Positions 47,692 to 56,418 of a stretch of 64,000 nt of DNA are shown one piece after another. Every line of letters begins with the position of its first letter. Within the stretch, counting starts at the first letter, position 1. The translations under genes were made by a program, and so were the position numbers. Location of the stretch: positions 52,258 to 116,257 of the forward strand of contig JBFJCP010000010.1 of NCBI GenBank assembly GCA_041615815.1, in the 5' to 3' direction. This DNA comes from Gemmatimonadales bacterium. Its GTDB lineage: Bacteria > Gemmatimonadota > Gemmatimonadetes > Gemmatimonadales > GWC2-71-9. The notes under the pieces were generated by a model. That model saw nothing but the letters and a program-made list of their open reading frames with translations, did no database searches and had not been told where the DNA came from.

Positions 47692-47942
47692 AAGACGAAC
47701 AGCGACGTGAGTTCTTGAAGAAGCTGGCGAAGGGCGCAATCTACGCGGCCCCGGTGATACACAGTATGACGGCTCCGCTTGAAGTGGCAGGGCAGGGTAG
47801 TTCCACCAGTCACAAAACCGACCATGGCAACATGGGACATGGCAAGGGTGGGGCGAGTCCCGCCTCCGGTCCCTCCCTGGGCGGCCCGTCCCCCGGCTCG
47901 CAGCCGCCTCCAGGGGCGACTCCGCCATCGCGACAGCCGTAA
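47688..47942 (+). CDS. Putative RiPP-like precursor peptide (84 aa)
   Basis: AGGAGG RBS, ATGA overlap; RREFLKK and YAAPVI leader; Ser/Thr/His/Gly/Pro-rich C-terminal part. Confidence 0.75.
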   Translation: MKDEQRREFLKKLAKGAIYAAPVIHSMTAPLEVAGQGSSTSHKTDHGNMGHGKGGASPASGPSLGGPSPGSQPPPGATPPSRQP

Positions 47943-47962
47943 CCCCGGCACAGCACCGCCTT

Positions 47963-48001
47963 CACGACGCCTCTGCCCAACGGCAGAGGCGTTCGTGTAT
48001 T
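47963..48001 (+). terminator. Hairpin closing the peptide operon
   Basis: ACGCCTCTGCC-CAAC-GGCAGAGGCGT followed by TCGTGTATT. Confidence 0.65.
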
Positions 48002-48073
48002 CCGCTAGATTCCCCGGGTGACGTCCTACCAATTTGGAACATTCCGACGGGTGGAGGCGTTCTGGCAGCGACC

Positions 48074-49498
48074 ATGGACCAATTCGATCTGATCGCCGTT
48101 GGCGGTGGCACGGCTGGCTTGGTGGCCGCTGCGGGTGCAGCGAGCTTGGGTCTCCAAGTAGCGCTGGTGGAGCGTGAGGCGCTCGGCGGCGACTGTCTCT
48201 GGACCGGCTGCGTTCCGAGCAAGGCGCTCATCGCATCGGCGCGGCTGGCGCATGCCATGCGGCACGCCTCCGAGCTGGGGCTCGAGGGCGCCGCGCCCTG
48301 TCACGCGTTCGAACGGGTCATGGCGCGAATGCGCCGCGCCCGCGCCCGTGTGGCGGAGCACGACGATCCGGAGCGGTTTCGACGGCTGGGGATCGAAGTG
48401 GTGTTTGGCGCCGCCACCTTCACGGGTCCTGACCGGGTCCAGGTCAATGGGCGGACATTGACGAGTCCCCGGATCGTGCTCGCCACGGGAGCGATTCCGT
48501 CCATTCCTCCGATCCCGGGTCTCGCCGAGGTCGGGTTTCTCACGCATGCATCGGCGTTCGATCAGGAGACGCTTCCCGGCCGGATCGCAATCATCGGTGG
48601 GGGACCTATCGGTCTCGAGTTTGCCCAGATCTATCGCCGGCTGGGGGCCGAGGTAGCCGTGATCGAGATGCTTCCCCGCCTCTTGCCGTCGGAGGAACCG
48701 GACGCTGCTCTTGCCATCGAAGGCGTACTCTTCAACGAGGGGATCCGTGTCAGCACCCATGCGCGTGTGGAGCGGGTCGAACGAGGGGCACGTGGCGAGA
48801 AGGTCTTGCATGTGAAAGGTCGTTCGGGAGGCGTGGACGCCGTGGTGGCGGATGAGATCTTCGTCGCTACGGGCCGCCGGCCCGACACCGATGGCCTGAA
48901 TCTCCCGGCCGCGGGCGTGGAGATTGAGAATGGAAAGGTCCGCGTCGACGATGGCCTTCGTACCACCGCCCGGGGTATCTGGGCGGCCGGGGACGTGGCT
49001 GGCGGCCCCCAGTTCACGCACGTGGCGGACTACCAAGCCAAGCTCGTGCTCCGAAATGCCATCTTTCCGCTGGCGTCCAAGGCGAACTATGATGCGGTAC
49101 CGGCCGTAACCTATACGGACCCCGAGGTGGCGTCCGTGGGGCTCACCGAGCAGGAAGCTCGGGAGCGCTATGGCCATGCGGAGGTCTATCGCTACGAGTT
49201 CGCCGATCTGGACCGAGCCATCGTGGATGGGCATACCACGGGTTTCGTGCGGATCGTCGTGCGTAAACGCGGCAAGATCGTGGGCGCAACGATCGTGGGC
49301 AGTGGGGCCGGCGAGCTCTTGATGCCCATCGTGCTGGCGCTGAAGAACGGACTCCCGCTTCCCAAGCTCTCCCGGGTCATTTATCCGTATCCCACCATGG
49401 TCGAAGGGGTCAAGCGTACGGCGGACAGCTACTACCGATCCAAGCTCGCTGGCCGAACGGGCGCGCTGCTCCGACGCGTGGTGCGGTGGCTGACATGA
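48074..49498 (+). CDS. Pyridine nucleotide-disulfide oxidoreductase (class I; Lpd/MerA-like)
   Basis: GGGTAG, GGDCLWTGCVPSKAL, IGGGPIGLE, AAGDV, YTDPEVA, YPYPT; no C-terminal CC. Confidence 0.9.
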   Translation: MDQFDLIAVGGGTAGLVAAAGAASLGLQVALVEREALGGDCLWTGCVPSKALIASARLAHAMRHASELGLEGAAPCHAFERVMARMRRARARVAEHDDPERFRRLGIEVVFGAATFTGPDRVQVNGRTLTSPRIVLATGAIPSIPPIPGLAEVGFLTHASAFDQETLPGRIAIIGGGPIGLEFAQIYRRLGAEVAVIEMLPRLLPSEEPDAALAIEGVLFNEGIRVSTHARVERVERGARGEKVLHVKGRSGGVDAVVADEIFVATGRRPDTDGLNLPAAGVEIENGKVRVDDGLRTTARGIWAAGDVAGGPQFTHVADYQAKLVLRNAIFPLASKANYDAVPAVTYTDPEVASVGLTEQEARERYGHAEVYRYEFADLDRAIVDGHTTGFVRIVVRKRGKIVGATIVGSGAGELLMPIVLALKNGLPLPKLSRVIYPYPTMVEGVKRTADSYYRSKLAGRTGALLRRVVRWLT

Positions 49499-50196
49499 GC
49501 CGTCCAAGTCCCTACCTCAAGCTCGTGGCCCTGGTCGTCCTCATCGGCGCGGCCATGGGGGCGTATTTCTTGACCCCGCTTCGGGATGTCTTGGCGTTGG
49601 ACCGTGTGGCAGCATCGTTCGAGACACTGCGCGCATCGATGTGGGCGCCGGCGGTGTTCGTCGTGCTCTATGCCACCGCCACTGCACTCGCGATTCCCGG
49701 CTCGGCCCTGACGATCGCCGGAGGCGCTGTCTTCGGCTTCTGGTTTGGGTCGCTCCTCAACACCATCGGCGCCAACATCGGAGCCAATGCCGCCTTTGGG
49801 TTATCGCGCGCGCTCGGCAGGGACGGCGTCGAGCGAATCGCTGGCAAGCGTCTCGAGGGTCTGGACAAGGCCAGCGCGGAACACGGGTTCCTGGGCCTGC
49901 TGGTGCTGCGATTGATCCCGCTGGTTCCGTTCAACGCGTTAAACTTCGGTTCCGGTCTCACCGCTATCCGGTGGGTCCACTACGCCCTGGCGACGGTGGT
50001 GGGCATCCTGCCAGGTACGCTGGTGTATACGTTCTTTGCGGATGCTCTAGTGGAAGGATCCACGTCTGCGAGCCAGGACGCGCGGACACGACTGTGGATT
50101 GCCGGGGTGCTCTTTCTGGCGCTGGCGCTGATTCCCCTAGTCGCCAAACGACTCGGTTTCCGATTGAAGACCAATTCGTCGCGTGAGGTTGCCTGA
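49495..50196 (+). CDS. TVP38/TMEM64 (DedA/VTT) family membrane protein
   Basis: IPGSALTIAGGAVFG, LRLIPLVPFNALN, GILPGT. Confidence 0.9.
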   Translation: MSRPSPYLKLVALVVLIGAAMGAYFLTPLRDVLALDRVAASFETLRASMWAPAVFVVLYATATALAIPGSALTIAGGAVFGFWFGSLLNTIGANIGANAAFGLSRALGRDGVERIAGKRLEGLDKASAEHGFLGLLVLRLIPLVPFNALNFGSGLTAIRWVHYALATVVGILPGTLVYTFFADALVEGSTSASQDARTRLWIAGVLFLALALIPLVAKRLGFRLKTNSSREVA

Positions 50197-50999
50197 TGCC
50201 GTTGTTCGTCTCCTTGCTCGCAATGCTGGCCACCGTGCAACTCGGAGCGCCAGCGCTTCCAGACCATTCGCAGTTCGATCGGGTCCTCGAGGGTTATCTC
50301 CACGATGGTCTCGTGGATTATGCAGGTCTCAAGGCGGACCGCAACGGTTTGGACGCGTACATCACCGAACTCTCTCGCACGACGCTCCACGATCTCGCAG
50401 CCGCCTCGGTCCACGCCCAGCTCGCCTTCTGGATCAACGCCTACAACGCCTGTGCACTCCGTTTGGTTATCGATCACTATCCCATCGGGAAGCGGAAGCT
50501 GGTGGCCGGTCTCGTGAACTCCATCGCCGGTGTTCCCGACAATTCCATCCGGCAGATTCCCAACACATGGAAACGCGAGTTTTGTCCTGTGGCCGGCAAA
50601 GATCGAGCGCTCGATGAGATCGAGCACGAGATCATCCGTCCCATGGGCGATCCACGGATTCACTTCGCCGTGAACTGTGCGTCCCGTTCGTGCCCGGTGT
50701 TGGCACCGACGGCCTACCGCGCGGATTCACTGGACGCCCAGCTGGACGCGGCGGTAGGTCGCCTCATGGAGGACCCGCAGCACTTCACCTTCGAGCGTGG
50801 CGAGGCTCCGATACTTCGGCTGAACAAGGTGCTCGATTGGTATAAAGACGATTTCGGCGGGACCTCCGGTGTCGTGGAGTTCTTCACGCGCTATTTGCCG
50901 GAGGCAGAAGCAACGATGCTTCGCACACGGGAAGTGAAGGTGGAGTACTTCGAGTACGACTGGACCCTGAATGACACGGCGGTCTTCGGCGCCAGTTGA
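50196..50999 (+). CDS. DUF547 domain protein (exported)
   Basis: VDYAGL, AFWINAYNA, IEHEIIR, DPRIHFAVNCASRSCP, YDWTLN. Confidence 0.9.
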   Translation: MPLFVSLLAMLATVQLGAPALPDHSQFDRVLEGYLHDGLVDYAGLKADRNGLDAYITELSRTTLHDLAAASVHAQLAFWINAYNACALRLVIDHYPIGKRKLVAGLVNSIAGVPDNSIRQIPNTWKREFCPVAGKDRALDEIEHEIIRPMGDPRIHFAVNCASRSCPVLAPTAYRADSLDAQLDAAVGRLMEDPQHFTFERGEAPILRLNKVLDWYKDDFGGTSGVVEFFTRYLPEAEATMLRTREVKVEYFEYDWTLNDTAVFGAS

Positions 51000-51691
51000 C
51001 CGCCGTGACCCACTGCGCCGTCATCATCCCTACGCTGAACGAGGCGCGCTTCCTCCCTCGACTCCTGGAGGATTTGCGTCCGCTCGACGGGTTGGACGAG
51101 GTCATCGTCGTCGACGGCGGTTCTACGGATGATACCCTGCAACTTGCACACGACGCGGGCGCACGGGTGCTCACGGCGCCCCGTGGGCGTGCCAGCCAGC
51201 TGAATGTCGGCGCCGTGGCGAGCACTGCCCCATGGCTGTGTTTTCTGCACGCGGATGTGCGTGTGCCCGCTGGCGCTCGAGCGGAGCTGCAAAAGACGCT
51301 GACGCGGGCAAGCGTGGATGTAGCCGTCTGGCGCTTTGCGATTGACGAGCGGGGCGCGTGGTTTCGCATCGTGGAATTTGGGGCCTGGCTCCGCGACCGG
51401 CTTGGCGGGATGCCGTATGGCGATCAGGGCCTCTTGGTCCGTCGGCCGTTGTTCGAGGCTGTGGGCGGCTATCCGCCCATCCCGATCATGGAGGATGTGG
51501 CATTGCTCCGCACACTTCGGTCCTGCCGCCGCGTGCGACGATTGCGGTCTCCGCTGCTCGTCTCTCCCCGACGCTGGCACCGTGAGGGCCCCTTTCGCAC
51601 GTGGATGAGGAATATTGCGCTCGTGGTGGCTTATGCCGCTGGCGTTTCACCGCATCGCTTATCGCGCTGGTATCGGCCCGAGCCGCAGTGA
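50996..51691 (+). CDS. GT2 glycosyltransferase, TIGR04283-like
   Basis: IIPTLNEA, VDGGSTDDT, RGRASQLNVGA, FLHAD, PYGDQG, PIMEDV, SPRRW. Confidence 0.88.
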   Translation: MTAVTHCAVIIPTLNEARFLPRLLEDLRPLDGLDEVIVVDGGSTDDTLQLAHDAGARVLTAPRGRASQLNVGAVASTAPWLCFLHADVRVPAGARAELQKTLTRASVDVAVWRFAIDERGAWFRIVEFGAWLRDRLGGMPYGDQGLLVRRPLFEAVGGYPPIPIMEDVALLRTLRSCRRVRRLRSPLLVSPRRWHREGPFRTWMRNIALVVAYAAGVSPHRLSRWYRPEPQ

Positions 51692-52281
51692 CGACTGTGC
51701 TGTTGTTTGCCAAAGCGCCGCGCGCGGGGCTCGTGAAGACTCGGTTGGCGCGTGACGTGGGCGAGGAACGGGCGCTCGCGTTGTATCGGAGTGTCGGAGC
51801 GCGAGTCGCCGCACGTGTGGGAGCGGCCTATCCGATCACGGTGTGGTTCGAGCCCCAAGAGGCTGAGAACGAGATGCGCGCGTGGCTGGGGAACCGTGAG
51901 TTTCGGCCGCAGCCCACGGGTGATCTCGGTCTGCGAATGCAGCGGGCGTTCGCAACGCATCTCGATCGTGGTGATCGCCCGGTCATTGCCATCGGCGCGG
52001 ACGCGCCTGGGGTCGATGCCACCGTGGTGGCCGAAGCCGTGCGGGCGCTCGAGACCGCCGACGTCGTGCTCGGACCTGCGGTGGATGGTGGGTACTATCT
52101 GCTCGGGGTGGCGCGCTCGATACCCGACCTCTTTCGCGAGATTCCGTGGGGAACGGCAACGGTGCTCGCGCGCACGCTCGATCGTTGCCAGGCGCTTGGG
52201 GTCTCGACGGCGCTGCTCGCAACGTTGCGCGATCTCGACACGGCAGCCGATCTCGCGCCCCTCGGCTTGGATTCCCCTTGA
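51688..52281 (+). CDS. TIGR04282/DUF2064 glycosyltransferase-like protein
   Basis: FAKAP.AGLVKTRL, QPTGDLG.RM, IGADAP, LGPAVDGGYYLLG, IPWGT, DLDT..DL. Confidence 0.88.
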   Translation: MTTVLLFAKAPRAGLVKTRLARDVGEERALALYRSVGARVAARVGAAYPITVWFEPQEAENEMRAWLGNREFRPQPTGDLGLRMQRAFATHLDRGDRPVIAIGADAPGVDATVVAEAVRALETADVVLGPAVDGGYYLLGVARSIPDLFREIPWGTATVLARTLDRCQALGVSTALLATLRDLDTAADLAPLGLDSP

Positions 52282-52387
52282 CCCGCCCTCGGCGGGCTCT
52301 CAATATAGGCCATCGGTACGGAGGTCCGGGTGGACAGGTCGGCACCCGGACCGCATGTCCGATGTCCCGTTTGTGGAGGCAGGAAGC

Positions 52388-52633
52388 ATGGCGTGGAGGG
52401 TCATCGACGCCGAGGGTCACCGCTGGCACGTGCATCCAGCGGCCGAGCGGCGTCCCAACGTGCGGATGTGGCAACTGATGTTCGCGTTTCGCGCATCGGA
52501 CGCGGCACGCGAGCCACGAACGCTCTGGGCCCCCTACCCCATGGAGTCGAGCTCGAAGTCGTCACTGTTCGAGGCCGCGGATCGCCTCTCGGACGACCAT
52601 TTGAAGGAAATCCTTTCTCAATACCTCTCCTGA
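52388..52633 (+). CDS. Small hypothetical protein
   Basis: GGAGG RBS; MAWRVIDAEGHRWHV...; alternative start 52355. Confidence 0.6.
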   Translation: MAWRVIDAEGHRWHVHPAAERRPNVRMWQLMFAFRASDAAREPRTLWAPYPMESSSKSSLFEAADRLSDDHLKEILSQYLS

Positions 52634-52647
52634 CTGCCCGAGCGCCC

Positions 52648-52899
52648 GTGGCCGTCACCCCTGTCAAGGATCTCCGCCGGATCGCCGAAGCCGTTGGCCA
52701 GCTGCAAGGGCAGGAGATTCAGGCCGTCGAGATCCGATCGGACTGCCGGACGCTGCGAGTGGCGCTGACGGATGGACACATTCTGTTGGTGACCAGCATG
52801 ATCGACGAAGGTGGAAAGCCCCGTCTCGACGTGGATCTGCTTCGGCCGCTCGAGGAGCTGTCGCACGGGCAGATCGAAGTTCCCTTCGACGACGGGTGA
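52648..52899 (+). CDS. Small hypothetical protein
   Basis: Protein-like 83-aa frame between co-oriented genes. Confidence 0.55.
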   Translation: MAVTPVKDLRRIAEAVGQLQGQEIQAVEIRSDCRTLRVALTDGHILLVTSMIDEGGKPRLDVDLLRPLEELSHGQIEVPFDDG

Positions 52900-52917
52900 T
52901 GCTGCGATGGGGATGGG

Positions 52918-53331
52918 ATGAACGGGACGCATCGCGAACGCCTCAAACTGCTGAACTTCTCGTTCGAGCGTCTCCCGAGCGGCCGATGCCGGTCGAAGGT
53001 GTCGCTCGAATGGCAACCGGGTGACCAATTCACGGGCACCGCGGAGGGACTCGGAACGCAGGCGGCAGAGCTGCGGTGTGCCGCGCAAGCGGCGGTCGAG
53101 GCGCTCCAACAGGCCGTAGGCACGCGGATGACATTCGAGCTGCTCGGTGTAAAGGCGGTCAAAGCATTCGATGCGACTGTCGTAATAGTGTCGTTATCAT
53201 GTCGCAATGGAGATCCCCCGAGTCGATTGGTCGGCTCGTGTCTGGCAGTGGACGATGTGCATCGTGGCGCGGTGCTTGCGGTACTCAACGCCACGAACCG
53301 TCTCCTAGGCAACGTTGTTGATATGAGGTAG
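52918..53331 (+). CDS. Hypothetical protein
   Basis: 137-aa ORF; GVKAVKAFD, AVLNATNR. Confidence 0.65.
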   Translation: MNGTHRERLKLLNFSFERLPSGRCRSKVSLEWQPGDQFTGTAEGLGTQAAELRCAAQAAVEALQQAVGTRMTFELLGVKAVKAFDATVVIVSLSCRNGDPPSRLVGSCLAVDDVHRGAVLAVLNATNRLLGNVVDMR

Positions 53332-53341
53332 CAAACCTCTC

Positions 53342-54883
53342 ATGCGCTTATTCGCGACGCCGCAACCTCTGCATTTTGCCAGCCGCATCGCCGCTATCGT
53401 GGCGCTCGTGGCCGCGCTTGGCTGTGGCGGATCGCGCCCCGTGCCCCTGGCCCTTGAACCGCTCGAGGAACCTTCCCCGCCGGAACCCGTTGCGGTGCCG
53501 GCACCCATGCCGACACCGGAAGACTCGGCCGCTGACGCCGCCGCGTTGATGGCGCTTCGGGAACTGGAGTTCCGTGGTTTCGGCAAGGCGGGGCACGTGC
53601 GGGGCGTGCTCGCCACTCCCAACCCCACCGACAGCGCTCACGTCCGAGGACTCTCCGGACGCGGCGGGGCGGCGAGTGTGAGAGGACCGAGCTTCGACAT
53701 CGATGTCGAGTCGTTCGCCGAGCACAACAGGGTTCGGTACTACGAAGAGTATTTCCTCAGTACCGCCCGCAATCGGTTCACGATCTGGCTGGGCCGGTTG
53801 CCGCGATACGAGGGGATGATCCGCGTGAAGTTCGGCGCCCATGGGCTGCCGGAGGACCTGGTGTACCTGGCGCTCATCGAGAGCGGGTATTCACCGACCG
53901 CCGTGTCGCGAGCCCGGGCCGTAGGGATGTGGCAGTTCATGGCGAGCACAGCGCGTCGCTATGGACTCGCCGTGGACGCATGGGTGGACGAACGTCGGGA
54001 TCCGTTCAAGGCCACCGACGCCGCCGCCCGATATCTCTCGGACCTCTACGATCTCTTCGGGTCCTGGTATCTCGCCGCGGCCGCCTACAACGGCGGGGAG
54101 GGGCGCGTGTCGCGCGGCATCCGGCGGCTTCCCGGCGCGGATTCCATCTCGGATGCGACGTTCTTCGATCTCTCCCGCCGGCGCTATCTGCGGCGCGAGA
54201 CCCGAGACTATGTCCCCAAGCTGATCGCGGCGGCTCGCCTCGCGAAGGAGCCGCTCCGCTTCGGATTCGACAGTATTCCCTATCTGCCGCCGCTGATGTT
54301 CGACGAGATCACGGTTCCGGATGCCACAGGGCTAGATGTCCTGGCGCGACTGGCGGACACGACCCTCGCCGCCCTCGTCGAGCTGAATCCCCACTACGTC
54401 AGGCGCGTCACGCCACCGGGCCGAGCCTCCATTGTCCGTGTGCCCCGCGGAGCGGGAGGCACCGTGGCCCAACGCTATGCCGACCTTCCTGCGAGCGAGC
54501 GCGTAACCTTCGTCTACCACCGCGTCCGGCGCGGGGAGACGCTCTCCGAGATCGGCACGCGATACGGAGTGAGCGTATCGCTCCTTCGGTCAGCCAACAA
54601 CAACATCCATCCCAAGCGGCTCCGCATCGGGCAGCGGCTCCTGATTCCGCTGAGCACGTCGAGGAGTCGCACGGCACGAGCTGTCCGGTCCAACCCGGCA
54701 TCCACCCCGCCTTCCAGCGGTTACCACACCGTCCGTCGTGGCGAATCGTTGTGGATCATCTCGCAGCGCTACGGGATCACGCTGTCACAGCTCCGGCAGT
54801 GGAATGGGATGGGCTCGACGGACAATCGACTCGACGTGGGCCAGAGGCTACGGGTGGCACCGCTGGAGTCCGCCGGGAACTGA
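53342..54883 (+). CDS. MltD-like lytic transglycosylase with two LysM domains (lipoprotein)
   Basis: Lipobox ALGC; YLALIESG, AVGMWQFM, AAYNGG, ETRDYVPK; HRVRRGETL and HTVRRGESL. Confidence 0.92.
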   Translation: MRLFATPQPLHFASRIAAIVALVAALGCGGSRPVPLALEPLEEPSPPEPVAVPAPMPTPEDSAADAAALMALRELEFRGFGKAGHVRGVLATPNPTDSAHVRGLSGRGGAASVRGPSFDIDVESFAEHNRVRYYEEYFLSTARNRFTIWLGRLPRYEGMIRVKFGAHGLPEDLVYLALIESGYSPTAVSRARAVGMWQFMASTARRYGLAVDAWVDERRDPFKATDAAARYLSDLYDLFGSWYLAAAAYNGGEGRVSRGIRRLPGADSISDATFFDLSRRRYLRRETRDYVPKLIAAARLAKEPLRFGFDSIPYLPPLMFDEITVPDATGLDVLARLADTTLAALVELNPHYVRRVTPPGRASIVRVPRGAGGTVAQRYADLPASERVTFVYHRVRRGETLSEIGTRYGVSVSLLRSANNNIHPKRLRIGQRLLIPLSTSRSRTARAVRSNPASTPPSSGYHTVRRGESLWIISQRYGITLSQLRQWNGMGSTDNRLDVGQRLRVAPLESAGN

Positions 54884-55168
54884 TCGCCCTACCAACGTTC
54901 TATTCAGATCGTCTCCGCAGCTCTTCCAACACCTGACCGTTCCCCGCCAAAGACACCGTTCGTGTGCCTCCGCGCTGACGGTCAGCACCCCATGATCGAG
55001 ATAAGGGGCCGAAACGTCACGGCACGCAACAGCAGCGAGCAGGCACGACGGGCGAAGCCGGTGAGCGGGGCTGCGGGGTCCCCGGGGCGCTTGCAGTGGG
55101 ACCGCACGTGAGCCGCCGTGTGGGAATCGAACAGCATGTCGTGCCAGGCGGACTGCCACCTCGCGAGA

Positions 55169-55199
55169 ACGCCCCGCTCGCTGGTGGCGAGCGGGGCGT
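55169..55199 (-). terminator. Hairpin terminator downstream of the SLT gene
   Basis: ACGCCCCGCTCGC-TGGTG-GCGAGCGGGGCGT (13-bp stem). Confidence 0.65.
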
Positions 55200-55223
55200 G
55201 AACGTACTCCCTCACGAGAGGGC

Positions 55224-55922
55224 TTACATCCCTACGTCGTAACCTTTCATGACCGAGGTGGCATAGCCGTTTCGAGGATCGAGCCCTTCGTCCATCAGGT
55301 TTGCCACTCGCGTGGGTCCGCGATTGTACGCCAGGAGCGCCAAACGAAGATCGCCGTACCGCTCGATCAAATGTCGCAAGTACGAGAAGCCGATCCGGAG
55401 ATTCGTGGCTGGATCGTAGAGGTCTTCCTGCGTGACGTCGGGCTTGTAGTAGCGCGCCGTCTGGAGCCGCACCTGCACCAGGCCAAAAGCATCTGCCGTG
55501 CTGCGCGCGCGGGGATTGAAGTTGCTCTCCACCCGCGCGAGCCGGAACCCCAGTTCGGGATCGAGGCCGGTGGCCACGGCGGCGTCGTAGATCTCCATCG
55601 CGAGGTCCGCCGGAATGTGATACCGGCCGGAATATGCGAGAATGGCCTCTGCTCGCTCCAGCTTCAGGTGAGCGAGTTCCAGCTCTCCGGTGGCAGAGTC
55701 CAACGATTGGCGGAGAAAGTGCCATTGGGAAAAGACGCTGGCCGTGCCTGCCTCGGCAGCTGCATCGTCAGACGCGATGGCCCGCTCGGACCACCCGCCC
55801 ACCACGCCGGCCAGGAAGGTTACCGCCACAAGGATCCCGACTCCGTGCAGCATGAGCCGCTGGGTGCCCGATAAACGTCCCCATCCGGGCCGGTGATTTG
55901 TCTCTATGTCGTATCGCATCAA
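55224..55922 (-). CDS. SLT-domain lytic transglycosylase
   Basis: N-terminal TM; VESNFNPRA, GLVQV, LYDP.TNL.IG, LAYNRG. Confidence 0.88.
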   Translation of the reverse strand: MMRYDIETNHRPGWGRLSGTQRLMLHGVGILVAVTFLAGVVGGWSERAIASDDAAAEAGTASVFSQWHFLRQSLDSATGELELAHLKLERAEAILAYSGRYHIPADLAMEIYDAAVATGLDPELGFRLARVESNFNPRARSTADAFGLVQVRLQTARYYKPDVTQEDLYDPATNLRIGFSYLRHLIERYGDLRLALLAYNRGPTRVANLMDEGLDPRNGYATSVMKGYDVGM

Positions 55923-55941
55923 GCCTATCCTCTAGCGTTTG

Positions 55942-56418
55942 TCAGTCCACATGCTTGAACGTCCCCGATCGCCCACCCGTCTTCTCCAGCAACCGAATCC
56001 CCCCCAACTCCATACCGTGACCGGCCGACTTCACCATGTCGTACACTGTCAGGAGGGCCACCGACACCGCGGTCAGCGCCTCCATCTCGACCCCAGTTCG
56101 GCTCACTGTCTTTACAGTGGCCCTCACTCTAACCCCTGGTAAATCCTGGTCGAGTTCTGCCCTCACAGTCGCATGATCCAGGCCAAGAGGGTGGCAAAGC
56201 GGGATCAGGTCGGCTGTCCGCTTGGCCCCCATGGTCCCGGCGAGCTCGGCGGTGGACAGAACGTCCCCCTTGGGACCCGAGTTCCGCTCCAGCAGCTGAA
56301 AGGCCTCCGTCGACACTCGAATCCAGCCCTCGGCCGTGGCGGTCCGGGCGCTGGGATTCTTGCTCGAGACGTCGACCATGCGCGCGTGGCCCCCCTCCCC
56401 CACGTGGGAGAGCTTCAT
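55942..56418 (-). CDS. moaC: Cyclic pyranopterin monophosphate synthase
   Basis: [37 protein letters not shown]. Confidence 0.95.
   Translation of the reverse strand: MKLSHVGEGGHARMVDVSSKNPSARTATAEGWIRVSTEAFQLLERNSGPKGDVLSTAELAGTMGAKRTADLIPLCHPLGLDHATVRAELDQDLPGVRVRATVKTVSRTGVEMEALTAVSVALLTVYDMVKSAGHGMELGGIRLLEKTGGRSGTFKHVD

Noticed and set aside
47688..47942. Canonical lasso peptide (a G1-D9 ring is conceivable in GSSTSHKTD)
   Set aside because: No Thr at the -2 position, and no lasso cyclase or B2 protease in the window
48074..49498. Mercuric reductase merA
   Set aside because: No C-terminal Cys-Cys, no NmerA domain and no mer genes
48026..49507. Long antisense ORFs (also 32607-33914, 3508-4638, 41642-42913, 17073-18233)
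   Set aside because: Shadow frames of clearly identified genes, expected at high GC
29952..52281. Prophage, integrative element or IS after the tRNA
   Set aside because: No integrase, transposase, phage gene or att repeat seen
55132..55148. Sigma-54-like TGGCACGACATGC on the minus strand
   Set aside because: Wrong spacing and no convincing downstream gene
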